From an uncultured bacterium (GTDB taxonomy: Bacteria > Verrucomicrobiota > Kiritimatiellia > RFP12 > UBA1067), in NCBI GenBank assembly GCA_902799385.1, contig CADCAK010000020.1:33771-97770 (forward strand): a stretch of DNA of 64,000 nt. The letters are read 5' to 3'. The position numbers and the translations under genes were made by a program. Below, one piece after another: positions 36,988 through 45,836 of the stretch. The notes beneath the pieces are model-generated. The model saw nothing but the letters and a program-made list of their open reading frames with translations. It searched no databases and was not told where the DNA came from. Positions within the stretch are counted from its first letter, which is position 1. Each line of letters starts with the position of its first letter.

Positions 36988-37809
36988 TCACGCCACCCTT
37001 TCCGCCGCCTTCGCGAGCCGCCATCCGTGCGTCGCGTAGCCTATCTCTCCCACCTCCCTTGCCGCGACGCTTCGCGACCGGAACCTGTCCCCCAGCGCAA
37101 ATGCCGTCGCAGTCACGAACGCGAGACTTCCGAATATCTTCCCCGCCCCTATCTGCGCCACCCTCCTCATCAGCCTCTCGTCGGGGACAGGCCCCGCGGA
37201 AGTGCCGTCAGACGTGGCGATCCAGCTCCAGGCGTAGTCGGCGGCGTGCTTCACCATCCCCGCACGGACGGGGTTCAGGTAGACGTAGCGCATGCAGAGC
37301 GCACGGTAGCGACCGTCCTCGACCAAGGTCGACTTGAAGCGGCCGTCCCATATCGAGCCGCTGTAGTCGTGCTCGCGCTTGAACCAGACGTTGAAGAGCT
37401 CCTTGAACGTCTTTATGAACTCGCTTACGTCGTTCATCCGCGCACGAAGGCGATCCTGCGCCTCGGCAACTGCGGAATCCATGCCGATGTCGCGAAGCTC
37501 CTTCCAGTGCTCGGCGAGTTCGGCTGCCGCTCGCTCGCCCTTCAGCGCCGCGACACGGCGGAGTAACTCGTCCTCGGTCAGCTCCTCCCCGCCATGCACC
37601 ACCTTGCAGACTATGTGGAAGTGGTTATCCATCGCGACATACGCCTCGAGCTCCACTCCAGAGAACGCCGCCGCGCGCTTCAGTGCATTCACGAGCTGCG
37701 TCTTGATCCTCCCCTTCACGAACAGGAAACGCCTGTCGTTCGTGCGCGACATGAGGTGGTATCGCGCGGTTCCGTTGTTCGATTTCTTGATCCTTGCCGG
37801 TCTTGCCAT
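36988..37809 (-). CDS. REP-associated tyrosine transposase-like protein (IS200/HUH Y1 family)
   Basis: HUH motif DNHFHIV and catalytic-Tyr region YVYLNPVRAGMV. Confidence 0.8.
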   Translation of the reverse strand: MARPARIKKSNNGTARYHLMSRTNDRRFLFVKGRIKTQLVNALKRAAAFSGVELEAYVAMDNHFHIVCKVVHGGEELTEDELLRRVAALKGERAAAELAEHWKELRDIGMDSAVAEAQDRLRARMNDVSEFIKTFKELFNVWFKREHDYSGSIWDGRFKSTLVEDGRYRALCMRYVYLNPVRAGMVKHAADYAWSWIATSDGTSAGPVPDERLMRRVAQIGAGKIFGSLAFVTATAFALGDRFRSRSVAAREVGEIGYATHGWRLAKAAERVA

Positions 37810-37850
37810 TTGTAGTCCTTTCTGCCGACGCTTCCTGCATCGACAGAAAC

Positions 37851-37859
37851 ATCATACCA
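37851..37859 (-). promoter_or_regulatory. extended -10 element TGGTATGAT
   Basis: Lies 42 nt upstream of ATG 37809. Confidence 0.45.
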
Positions 37860-37898
37860 CATTTCGGCGAAAGAAAAATGAACCGAATATGAATTCGT

Positions 37899-40436
37899 TT
37901 AGGGGGTCGCCGCCCGGCGGAAAGACGGCAAGGAGGCTAAAATGGGAGCCGTGGCAGGGCCGATGTCAGGAAAGTACTGAAAAATCTGGCTTTCGTGGGG
38001 TCTGTCCCCGCCGATCTGTCCCCGGTTGTGTATGCCTTCTATCTGAACATGAAACGGTATTCTTTCTAACATTTTCTCGGCTTTTTCAAGATCTCCCTTT
38101 CGTGTCTCGTCCATCGCCACATTGTTTCGCTTAGCAACAGCTTTCAAAAGCCCCATATAGTCTCCACTCTCATGCAACTGGCGCAACTCTTCCCAATCTC
38201 GCTCTGTAATAACAATGGAGTGTATGTACGGGATTAGTGCCTTTTGTACTATAAGATGGTCTGCGATATCGAACGACAAAGGCAATGTTTGAATTTTCTT
38301 AAATATCTCGCTTGTATATTTATCCAACTCTTGCCTTTCCGCTTCCAACTTTAGTTTTAACTCAGCCTGACGCTTCCGTTCTGTCTCTTCAGTTTTCAAT
38401 TTCAATTCTTGCTGTTCACGCTCTAAGTCCGCTTGCCGTTCTCGCTTGGCCTTTTCTATGGCTGCTGGGTCACGAAGTGAAAAGAAGTTTGATGAAATCA
38501 ATGGGTTAAACTTTTTATTTATCTCCAGCATGCGCAAATTATGATCTTCCAATGATATTTTTCTCTCCTGATATGCGTTATCGATTTCTTCCGCCTCCTC
38601 ACCAAGTCGTCGCATTTGTTCATGAGATTCACTTAATCCCTGATAAACATCGTGATTACTTTCAAAATAAATTTTTTGCTTCAAACCATAAAAAACGTCA
38701 TAATCAATATCTCCTTCCTTGTGGTTTATATTAAGCACCGTTGCCAACTTATTTAATGCTTCCCATTTTCCTATTAAGATTGTTTCATCCGCAAAAGCGA
38801 CATGACTCAATCCCCAATCCATAAATAACGCCTCAAATGGCGTAAAGCTTTCAAAAATCTTTATCCTTGATAGATTATACTTTTTGATAGTGCGATCACT
38901 CATATCAAAGCCACTATACTTCAGATTCCATTCTCGACAGTTGTTAATTGTAATTGCGCCGCATCTTACTTCATTCGGTATCTGCAATTCAATGTTAGCA
39001 CTAAAATTCTTCTTCTTGAGCCCAAGAAATAACTGCGATATTTCCGAAAGCTCAGGATAGTCTTTATATCGATTAGTCAGCGTGCCATTATTAGCAAGTA
39101 TATCATAACTGACATTCAACGCACCAAGCCAATCTTTTGCCGCACATTTCTTGCGAAGCTCATTCCATGCAAAGTGCTTTACCTCTATCTTAATCTGATC
39201 GGCATACGGCGCGACTGCTTTATCTACCATAATTCGCTTTGAAATATCAAACTCAAGCGAGGAGAATAGTTTAGCTGCAAACTCCTTTTTAAATGCCTCT
39301 TGATTTTCTTTGCGCGTACGATAATCATCTTCTTTAGCTTTCTCGGTTCTGGATTTCCATACGGTGGCATCTGCCTCACTCAACATGGCAAATACATCAA
39401 CTGTATTGTGCAACCCAGACTTAGAGGTGTATGACGCTTGGGCACCAGTCGCTTTTACGACTCCCCACGGCGGATTTTCTCCTGCCCGTAGATTTCGTGT
39501 ACTCTGCATTTTTATGAACACAGGTGTCCATGCGCTTCTTGGATTATCCGCAACAATGTTTTTAGTTGGCCACACAAGAATGCCATCAGAAAAGACTTGC
39601 AATATCCGTAAGAAGTAAACTTCCCCCATCTCATAGAATTCACCCGCAGTAGGCAAGCATAGATCATGGTATATGACAAAGTCGGCTACAGTAAGACGTG
39701 CGTGTTTCTCGGAAAAACCCCTCTCCATGTCTTCCGCATAGCGTATGAGCTTATATATGTCTTCCTCCTCTAAAGCTACATGCTGCGCATTAGATACTTT
39801 CGACTCCACGAATTCGAGCTTTGCGGGTTTCTGGTTGAAAAGCAAAGTGAAAAATGACGATATAGCCACTGCAGCAATCGCAGCCAACACATTCCCCTTG
39901 ATTCCGATTCTCTTTAAAGTATCACCTATCGCTACTGCTTTACCTGTTTGCGTTGCTAAGGTGTTCCTTCGCCACAATATGATTCCAAGGTAACAAAGCC
40001 CAACCGATACTATAGCAACAAACGGATTCTTAAACATTACCGCCAACAAAATGGAGCCAACCATTAGAACATTGGGCATATATCCACGAAAAACTGCATA
40101 GTCGATCAACTTGATCAAGCCTGCTCGTCTCTCTTGGCACTTACCCTGTGAAACTGCTAGTTTTGGCGACAAATTGCAATACTTGATCAGCAGTTTCCAC
40201 TTGCGAACAAAAAACTTGGCGCACTCTTCCAAAAATGATGTAATTTTCCGTTGCATGCTTTCTGACCGCGCATCAGAAATAGAACACGAGTTTTGCTGCG
40301 AGTCGGGGCTCGACGATTCTGACTCTCCTTTGTAGGAGAATTTGGACTCGCAGTACGGACATAGCAGATGCTGCCCGATAACGGGCGAAATCTCGCATTC
40401 GCAACATTCACCACAAACAGGACATTCTATTTGCAC
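37899..40436 (-). CDS. 845-aa zinc-ribbon membrane protein of unknown function (AT-rich gene)
   Basis: GTG start with SD AGGAGA. CPVCGECCECEISPVIGQHLLCPYC ribbon, then TM cluster at about aa 120-210, a coiled-coil KRERQADLEREQQELKLKTEE, and an internally duplicated ~55-aa segment. The last ~40 codons lie in GC-rich REP/IR sequence. Confidence 0.7.
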   Translation of the reverse strand: MQIECPVCGECCECEISPVIGQHLLCPYCESKFSYKGESESSSPDSQQNSCSISDARSESMQRKITSFLEECAKFFVRKWKLLIKYCNLSPKLAVSQGKCQERRAGLIKLIDYAVFRGYMPNVLMVGSILLAVMFKNPFVAIVSVGLCYLGIILWRRNTLATQTGKAVAIGDTLKRIGIKGNVLAAIAAVAISSFFTLLFNQKPAKLEFVESKVSNAQHVALEEEDIYKLIRYAEDMERGFSEKHARLTVADFVIYHDLCLPTAGEFYEMGEVYFLRILQVFSDGILVWPTKNIVADNPRSAWTPVFIKMQSTRNLRAGENPPWGVVKATGAQASYTSKSGLHNTVDVFAMLSEADATVWKSRTEKAKEDDYRTRKENQEAFKKEFAAKLFSSLEFDISKRIMVDKAVAPYADQIKIEVKHFAWNELRKKCAAKDWLGALNVSYDILANNGTLTNRYKDYPELSEISQLFLGLKKKNFSANIELQIPNEVRCGAITINNCREWNLKYSGFDMSDRTIKKYNLSRIKIFESFTPFEALFMDWGLSHVAFADETILIGKWEALNKLATVLNINHKEGDIDYDVFYGLKQKIYFESNHDVYQGLSESHEQMRRLGEEAEEIDNAYQERKISLEDHNLRMLEINKKFNPLISSNFFSLRDPAAIEKAKRERQADLEREQQELKLKTEETERKRQAELKLKLEAERQELDKYTSEIFKKIQTLPLSFDIADHLIVQKALIPYIHSIVITERDWEELRQLHESGDYMGLLKAVAKRNNVAMDETRKGDLEKAEKMLERIPFHVQIEGIHNRGQIGGDRPHESQIFQYFPDIGPATAPILASLPSFRRAATP

Positions 40437-40479
40437 AGATCGTCTCCTACGTATTATGAATGCGTATTTAGCAATTATT

Positions 40480-40914
40480 CTACTTTGCAGATCCCTTATG
40501 TTCCGATGTAGATTCTACTGCCCGCTTGTGACTTTTTAGAAAAATCGCAAACGCCCACAGCCAAGCAATATGGACGACCACAGCAAAAAAACATAGAAAA
40601 TATAAAGCCCTCAAACCACCCTCTCGAAGCCAACCTGGATTATTCTTTGCACCAAACATACACAGTGCGATTATTAAGTATATACAAATCCTAATAAGCG
40701 TTGTGACAACAAGCCAATCGCTACTGTTCCATGTTTTTATTGGCTTTTTCGACGGTTCGTCTAACATCTGCGACAATTCGTTGGATATTGTCGGCCTCAA
40801 CCTAGTAACCGTAAATGTTGTATGACAACCTTGACACTCAACTTCAGTCCCCTCATACTTTGCATCAAGTTCATAAATATTCCTACAAGTAGGGCACTGC
40901 GTTCGTATTTGCAT
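40480..40914 (-). CDS. 144-aa zinc-ribbon (MJ0042-like CPxC...CxxC) protein with 3 TM helices
   Basis: ORF trimmed to MQIRTQCPTCRNIYELDAKYEGTEVECQGCHTTF with SD AGGAG. Confidence 0.65.
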   Translation of the reverse strand: MQIRTQCPTCRNIYELDAKYEGTEVECQGCHTTFTVTRLRPTISNELSQMLDEPSKKPIKTWNSSDWLVVTTLIRICIYLIIALCMFGAKNNPGWLREGGLRALYFLCFFAVVVHIAWLWAFAIFLKSHKRAVESTSEHKGSAK

Positions 40915-41044
40915 AATCACTCCTAATGGACAATATTTTAGATTGCGCAAAATTTCATCGCGGACACCATGTCTCATACATGAAAAAGGGGCGCATTCCT
41001 TCCCATGCACTCTGACGAAGCCCTAGCACAGGCCATTGCGAATA

Positions 41045-41223
41045 CATGAAGAAAGAACGCGCCCAATTGGGCGCATCATTCACTTACATGTCGTTCGCAA
41101 TTTGAAATGGTGCTAGTATTTCGTCAGAACGACGTGTAGCGTTGATGCTACATTGTTAAGCGCCCGGCGGGTTTCCCGTTTTCCGGACTATGACCCCGCG
41201 TCGCGCATACCGCCTCGCGGGAT
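41045..41223 (-). ncRNA. candidate ~175-nt structured leader or sRNA between the repeat-borne promoter and a terminator-like hairpin
   Basis: Hairpins on the minus strand: CCCGCG..CGCGGG, CCGGaaaaCGGGaaaCCCGCCGG, GTAGCatcaacGCTAC, then GCGCCCAATTGGGCGC followed by GTTCTTTCTTC. Confidence 0.3.
41059..41074 (-). terminator. perfect 16-nt palindrome GCGCCCAATTGGGCGC followed by a T-rich tract on the minus strand
   Basis: Seen directly. It sits upstream of gene 40480..40914, so it could be an attenuator rather than a terminator. Confidence 0.35.
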
Positions 41224-41229
41224 GTGGGT

Positions 41230-41259
41230 ATTATAGCGAAACTTCCGCGCTGAAATCAA
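41230..41259 (-). promoter_or_regulatory. sigma70-type promoter TTGATT-18-TATAAT inside repeat copy 2 (41228-41328)
   Basis: Minus strand reads TTGATTTCAGCGCGGAAGTTTCGCTATAAT. It points into the AT-rich two-gene insert. Confidence 0.5.
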
Positions 41260-41809
41260 GCGCGGCAAAAATAAGATTACGGTGCGGACGAAATCGCGGC
41301 ACCTTTGCCGCGGACAAGGTTAAGCGAGCTGACGGGACGTCGGCGAGCGCAAAAGCTACGAAGAAAAACGCGCCTTATGGAAGGTGAGGCAAGGGACGAG
41401 GGGGCGAGTGCCGAACTGAGCGACATGCAACGACGCGGTTCGTCGGATGCGCGGTGAGACACGTCGCAAGGCGAGGAGGCAGCATGCGGGAGAGGCAATC
41501 AATATTCCCGAGCAAAGCGAGGACACCATGGCGTAGGCGAGCGGAGGCGAAGGTCGCATAAGAGGAGCGGTCTTGTCTCGCAGGCGTAAGAGGCGCTTGC
41601 GTACCCAACCAGTGATAGACGCCAAGGCACGGCAGGCTAAACTCGGCTCTTTGTCTGATGTGCGGGAGCCGTCGCGATGGCAAGACCCGACGGGTTAGGC
41701 GAGCCTTCGCGCAGCTCGCCGGAGCACACCTCGACCGTGACCGCACATTGGAAGGCAAACCAGCACCAAGTACAAACCACAACACCAAGCACGGCATGCC
41801 GCCGCAGGC

Positions 41810-42751
41810 TCAGAACTTGCGGTTGCGAGAAAGGATGACGAAGAGCGCGCCGATGAGAATGGCGAGGACGCACGAAACGCCCATCACTATCGCAAACGCG
41901 TTGCCATGCTGCTGGAACGGCAGTGGAATGTTCATGCCGTAGATCGACGCGATGAGCGTCGGCACGGCGAGAAGAATCGTCGCCGCCGTCAAGTACTTCA
42001 TCACGTTGTTCAAATTGTTGTTGATCAGCGACGCAAAAGTATCGAGAGTGCCGTTCAAGATGTTCGCATGTATCGTCGCCGTCTCGAGCGCCTGCTGATA
42101 CTCAACCATAGCATCCTCGAGCTGGTCGCGGTCGTCTTCGCTCATCACGAGCTGGCGCGCCGTGTTCGCGCGGGCAAGCGCAATCGTGTCGGCTTTGAGC
42201 GACGTCGTGAAGTAGACGAGCGACTTCTCAATCGTAAGGAGCTTCAACAAGACCTCGTTCGAGATCGACTCGTGGAGCTCGTCCTCTAACGCAAGCGAGC
42301 GTTGGTGGATGTCGTGAAGATAGCGCAGGAACAGGACGCCACCGTGCCAGAGAAGGCGGAACGCGAAGCGATAGCGGTCGGACGGCGGGCAGACGCGGCG
42401 GATCTGGTCGAGGAACGCCGTCGTGACAGGAGTCTGCGCGCTGCAGACGGTGATGACGGTCTCACGGACGAGGATGATGCCGAGCGGGACCGTGCGGTAG
42501 GGAACCACCTCGTCGTCCTCGACCGCGTACGGAACGTGGACGATGAGAATGGACGAGTCGTCGTCGTAGTCGAAACGCGGGCGTTCGTCTGCGTCGAGCG
42601 GGTCGGTCAAGAAGTCGCGCGGAACGCCGGTGTGCGTCAGGACGCGCTCAAGCTCGGTCGTCGTCGGCTCGACGAGGTTGATCCAGCAGGACGGCGCAAA
42701 GTCCGAAGTCTCCTTGAGACCCCCGTTCTCCCAGCGGTAGATCGCCATCAT
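41810..42751 (-). CDS. corA: CorA-family magnesium/cobalt transporter
   Basis: YGMNIPLPF motif plus two C-terminal TM helices. Confidence 0.85.
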   Translation of the reverse strand: MMAIYRWENGGLKETSDFAPSCWINLVEPTTTELERVLTHTGVPRDFLTDPLDADERPRFDYDDDSSILIVHVPYAVEDDEVVPYRTVPLGIILVRETVITVCSAQTPVTTAFLDQIRRVCPPSDRYRFAFRLLWHGGVLFLRYLHDIHQRSLALEDELHESISNEVLLKLLTIEKSLVYFTTSLKADTIALARANTARQLVMSEDDRDQLEDAMVEYQQALETATIHANILNGTLDTFASLINNNLNNVMKYLTAATILLAVPTLIASIYGMNIPLPFQQHGNAFAIVMGVSCVLAILIGALFVILSRNRKF

Positions 42752-42787
42752 GTCGCACCCCCTTTCCGGTTGCCAGTTGCAGAAATC

Positions 42788-43798
42788 CTACGCGAGCTGC
42801 GAAAGGAACCTTACGTCATTCTCGTATAGCCAGCGGATGTCCGGAATCCCGTACTTGATCATCGCGATGCGCTCTACGCCAAAGCCAAATGCATACCCCG
42901 AGACCTTCTCGGCATCGTAGCCGACGTGCCCGAAGACGCGCGGATCGACCATGCCGGCGCCCGCGACCTCGATCCAGCCCGACTGCTTGCAGACGTTGCA
43001 GCCCTTGCCCTTGCAGACATGGCAGGTGAAGTCGACTTCGACCGACGGCTCGGTGAACGGGAAGAAGTGCGGGCGGAACCTGACCGTGACGCCATCACCC
43101 ATCATCTCCTTCGCGAAATACGCGAGCACCGACTTGAGGTCGGCGAGCGAGACCGGCTTGGTGTCGACGTAGAGACCCTCAATCTGGTGGAAGTTAGCGG
43201 AGTGCGTCGCATCAGTCGTGTCGCGGCGATAGGTGCGGCCGGGGCAGATCACGCGGATCGGCGGCTTGTTCGCCATCATCGTGCGGATCTGCACGGGCGA
43301 GGTCTGGGTCCTCAGGAGGCAGTCTTCGCCGAACCAGAAAGTGTCGCTGCGATCCATCGAGGGATGGTGCGGCGGAGTGTTGAGGGCCGTGAAGTTGTTG
43401 AAGCGGTTCTCAAGCTCCGGGCCGTCGGCGACGGTGAAGCCGAGACGCCCGAAGATGCGGGCCGTCTCCTCTATCACGCGCGAGAGCGGATGCTTGGCGC
43501 CAAGCCCCCACCAACGGCCAGGGAGCGTGAGATCGGCATCCACGGACTTCTCGCCCGAAGAGCCTGCGCCCTTCGCCGCAAGCGCTGCCTCGACTTCGGC
43601 GCGCCACGCCTGGACGGCCTTGCCAAACGCGGGACGCTCGTCCTTCGGGACATCCTTCATCGCCTTGATGAGCGCGGGGATCGAACCGTTGCGGCCGACA
43701 TACTTCACGCGAAGCGCCTCTACAGCCGCGGCATCGTTCGCCGCCGCGACTTCCTTCAGGCTCTCCGCCTTCGCATTCTCGAGTTCTGCAAGAGTCAT
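42788..43798 (-). CDS. pheS: phenylalanine--tRNA ligase alpha subunit
   Basis: FRPHFFPFTEPSVEVD and GAGMVDPRV. Confidence 0.95.
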   Translation of the reverse strand: MTLAELENAKAESLKEVAAANDAAAVEALRVKYVGRNGSIPALIKAMKDVPKDERPAFGKAVQAWRAEVEAALAAKGAGSSGEKSVDADLTLPGRWWGLGAKHPLSRVIEETARIFGRLGFTVADGPELENRFNNFTALNTPPHHPSMDRSDTFWFGEDCLLRTQTSPVQIRTMMANKPPIRVICPGRTYRRDTTDATHSANFHQIEGLYVDTKPVSLADLKSVLAYFAKEMMGDGVTVRFRPHFFPFTEPSVEVDFTCHVCKGKGCNVCKQSGWIEVAGAGMVDPRVFGHVGYDAEKVSGYAFGFGVERIAMIKYGIPDIRWLYENDVRFLSQLA

Positions 43799-43827
43799 TT
43801 CGCCTTCCCAAGTTATTTTTGCCGCGT

Positions 43828-43836
43828 ATTATACCC
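43828..43836 (-). promoter_or_regulatory. -10 element GGGTATAAT
   Basis: Lies 30 nt upstream of ATG 43798. SD GGGAAGG lies between them. Confidence 0.45.
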
Positions 43837-43852
43837 TTTTTCCGCGCGCGGC

Positions 43853-45106
43853 TCAACCCTCCAGCCGCCTTCCGTCCGGCAAGACCCAGCTGATGCTCCT
43901 GTTGCTCGGCCTCAGCACGGCCCTTGCGACGGCCTGCACGTCGGCGGCGGAGACGGCCTTTATCCCCTCGACCTGCTCCTCCGGCGACAGGAGCCGGCCG
44001 AACGAAAGCATCGTCTGCCCGTAGAAGAAGAGCTTCGACGTCACCTTCTCGTGCGACAGCCTGAAGTTGCCTACGAGGAATTCCTTCGCGCGGGCGAGCT
44101 CGGCGGAGGACACCTTCCTGTCGCACGCCTTTCCAAGCTCGCGCTCCACGGTCGCGAGGGCGAGCTTCGCCTTTGAGACGTCGAGCCCGGCGGTCACCGT
44201 GAACATGCCCGCGTCCTTGAAGAACTGCATCCGCGAGGCGATGTCGTAGCTAAGCCCCCTCTTCTCGCGCACTTCCTGAAAGAGCCGCGAGGACATTCCG
44301 CGCCCGAGGATCGCGTCAAGCACAGTCGCCGCGTACTTGCGGCGGTCGCGGATGCCGAACGTGCGGTAGCCGAGTGCGAGCTGCGCCTGGTGGATGTCCT
44401 TCCTGGCCGTCACCGAGGGGACGACCGCACCGAACGCGTCCCTGGCGACGGCGCGGCGCGACTGCCGCGCCTTGAGCGGGGCGAAGGCCCTTTCGACGAG
44501 CGCAAGCGCCTTCTGCGGGTCGAAGCTGCCAGCGACGACCACCACCGTGTTGTCGGCGCGGTAGTGCGACTTCACGTAGCGCCTCAGGTCGCCCGGCGTC
44601 ATCGGCGCAAGGGATTTCCCGCTCCCGGCGATGGGCGAGCCGAGCATCGACTTCGGGAAGAGGTTCCGCTGCAGGTTCTCCATCGCGACGGCGTCCGGCT
44701 CGTCGGCGTACATCTTGATCTCCTCGATCACCACCTGCTTCTCGCGGGCGAACTCGTCGTCGGGGATCGTCGCGCGGAGGTACATGTCGGAGAGTATGTC
44801 CACCGCCTCGCCGAGATAGTCGTCGGGAAGGTGCGCGAAGTAGCATGTCGCCTCCTCTCCGGTCATCGCATTGAAGTTGCCGCCGCGCCCCTCTATCGCG
44901 CGGGTGATGTCGATGGGCTTTCTCGTCGGCGTCCCCTTGAAGAGCATGTGCTCTATGAAATGGGATATCCCGGCGGTCTTCGCCGTCTCGTGGCGCGACC
45001 CGCTCTCGACGAACACCCCGACGGCGACGCTCTCGGCCTCGCACGGAACGAGCACGACCCTAAGTCCGCTCCTTGCAACGGTAAGTCTTGCGCTATTCAT
45101 TTCCAT
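43853..45106 (-). CDS. M16-family zinc peptidase (pitrilysin-like)
   Basis: ORF 43853..45529 trimmed to MEMNSARL. HFIEHMLFKGT is the HxxEH motif. Confidence 0.85.
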   Translation of the reverse strand: MEMNSARLTVARSGLRVVLVPCEAESVAVGVFVESGSRHETAKTAGISHFIEHMLFKGTPTRKPIDITRAIEGRGGNFNAMTGEEATCYFAHLPDDYLGEAVDILSDMYLRATIPDDEFAREKQVVIEEIKMYADEPDAVAMENLQRNLFPKSMLGSPIAGSGKSLAPMTPGDLRRYVKSHYRADNTVVVVAGSFDPQKALALVERAFAPLKARQSRRAVARDAFGAVVPSVTARKDIHQAQLALGYRTFGIRDRRKYAATVLDAILGRGMSSRLFQEVREKRGLSYDIASRMQFFKDAGMFTVTAGLDVSKAKLALATVERELGKACDRKVSSAELARAKEFLVGNFRLSHEKVTSKLFFYGQTMLSFGRLLSPEEQVEGIKAVSAADVQAVARAVLRPSNRSISWVLPDGRRLEG

Positions 45107-45836
45107 TGTCCTGCATGTCCTGCGAATCGCCCTGCAGTCCGGCAGGGCGGGAAAGAGGTTCAATTCCCATGTCCTTGAGCCTGGCGTTGACGCCGAGCCA
45201 CGCGCGCTCGCGCAGGCTCTCTGGCGCCCGGTACACGGCGTCGAGGGCCTTCTCGCGGAACTCGCGCTCCTGCGTCTGGCGCTCGTCGAGGAAGTCGAAG
45301 TAGCCTGCGGCGTCGCCGCCTTCATCGATGTAGGCGCGCATGTCCTCGCGCATCTTCGCGACGATGTTCTTGAGCATCCGGTGCTCGGGCGGCTCCCCGC
45401 CGACATACGGCACGGGCTCGCCAAGCGCGTCCTCGAGCGCGGCGCATTCCTCAGCCGTCGGCTTGGGGCAGTCGACGTACCGGCCGGGCTGCGCGTAGAG
45501 CGCAAGCCGCCTGTCGAGCGCCGAGCCAAGGACGTTCGTCCAGCCAGAATACACGCCTGCGTCGATCACGGCGCGGTCGCCCGCGAGCTGCGCGCGCGGA
45601 CGGGGGCGGCGATCCTCGCGTCCGGCGAGCAGGGCAGCGGCGAGCGCAACCGCGAGTAGGAAGATCGCCGAGCCTGCGGCATACGGCTTCCAGTTGACCG
45701 GATCGTCGCCGATGACGCGGTACGGGCGTATTCCCGCCTTGCGAAGCTCGGCATAGGCGTTCTCGCGGCTCCTGGCGTTTATCCAGCCTTCCCGGTTCTC
45801 GTTGTCCTTCGTCTGGTAGAGGTAGCGGTATTTCAC
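45093..45836 (-). CDS. hypothetical single-pass membrane protein
   Basis: GTG start overlapping the rpoN stop (GTGA). TM segment AAGSAIFLLAVALAAALLAG. Confidence 0.5.
   Translation of the reverse strand: MKYRYLYQTKDNENREGWINARSRENAYAELRKAGIRPYRVIGDDPVNWKPYAAGSAIFLLAVALAAALLAGREDRRPRPRAQLAGDRAVIDAGVYSGWTNVLGSALDRRLALYAQPGRYVDCPKPTAEECAALEDALGEPVPYVGGEPPEHRMLKNIVAKMREDMRAYIDEGGDAAGYFDFLDERQTQEREFREKALDAVYRAPESLRERAWLGVNARLKDMGIEPLSRPAGLQGDSQDMQDNGNE

Larger units (their letters stand above)
36932..38009 (-). mobile_element. RAYT-type unit: HUH transposase flanked by REP-like inverted repeats
   Basis: 36932-36954 GGGGACAGACCCCACGAAACCAG is the reverse complement of 37986-38009 CTGGCTTTCGTGGGGTCTGTCCCC, with 1 indel. 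Confidence 0.6.
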
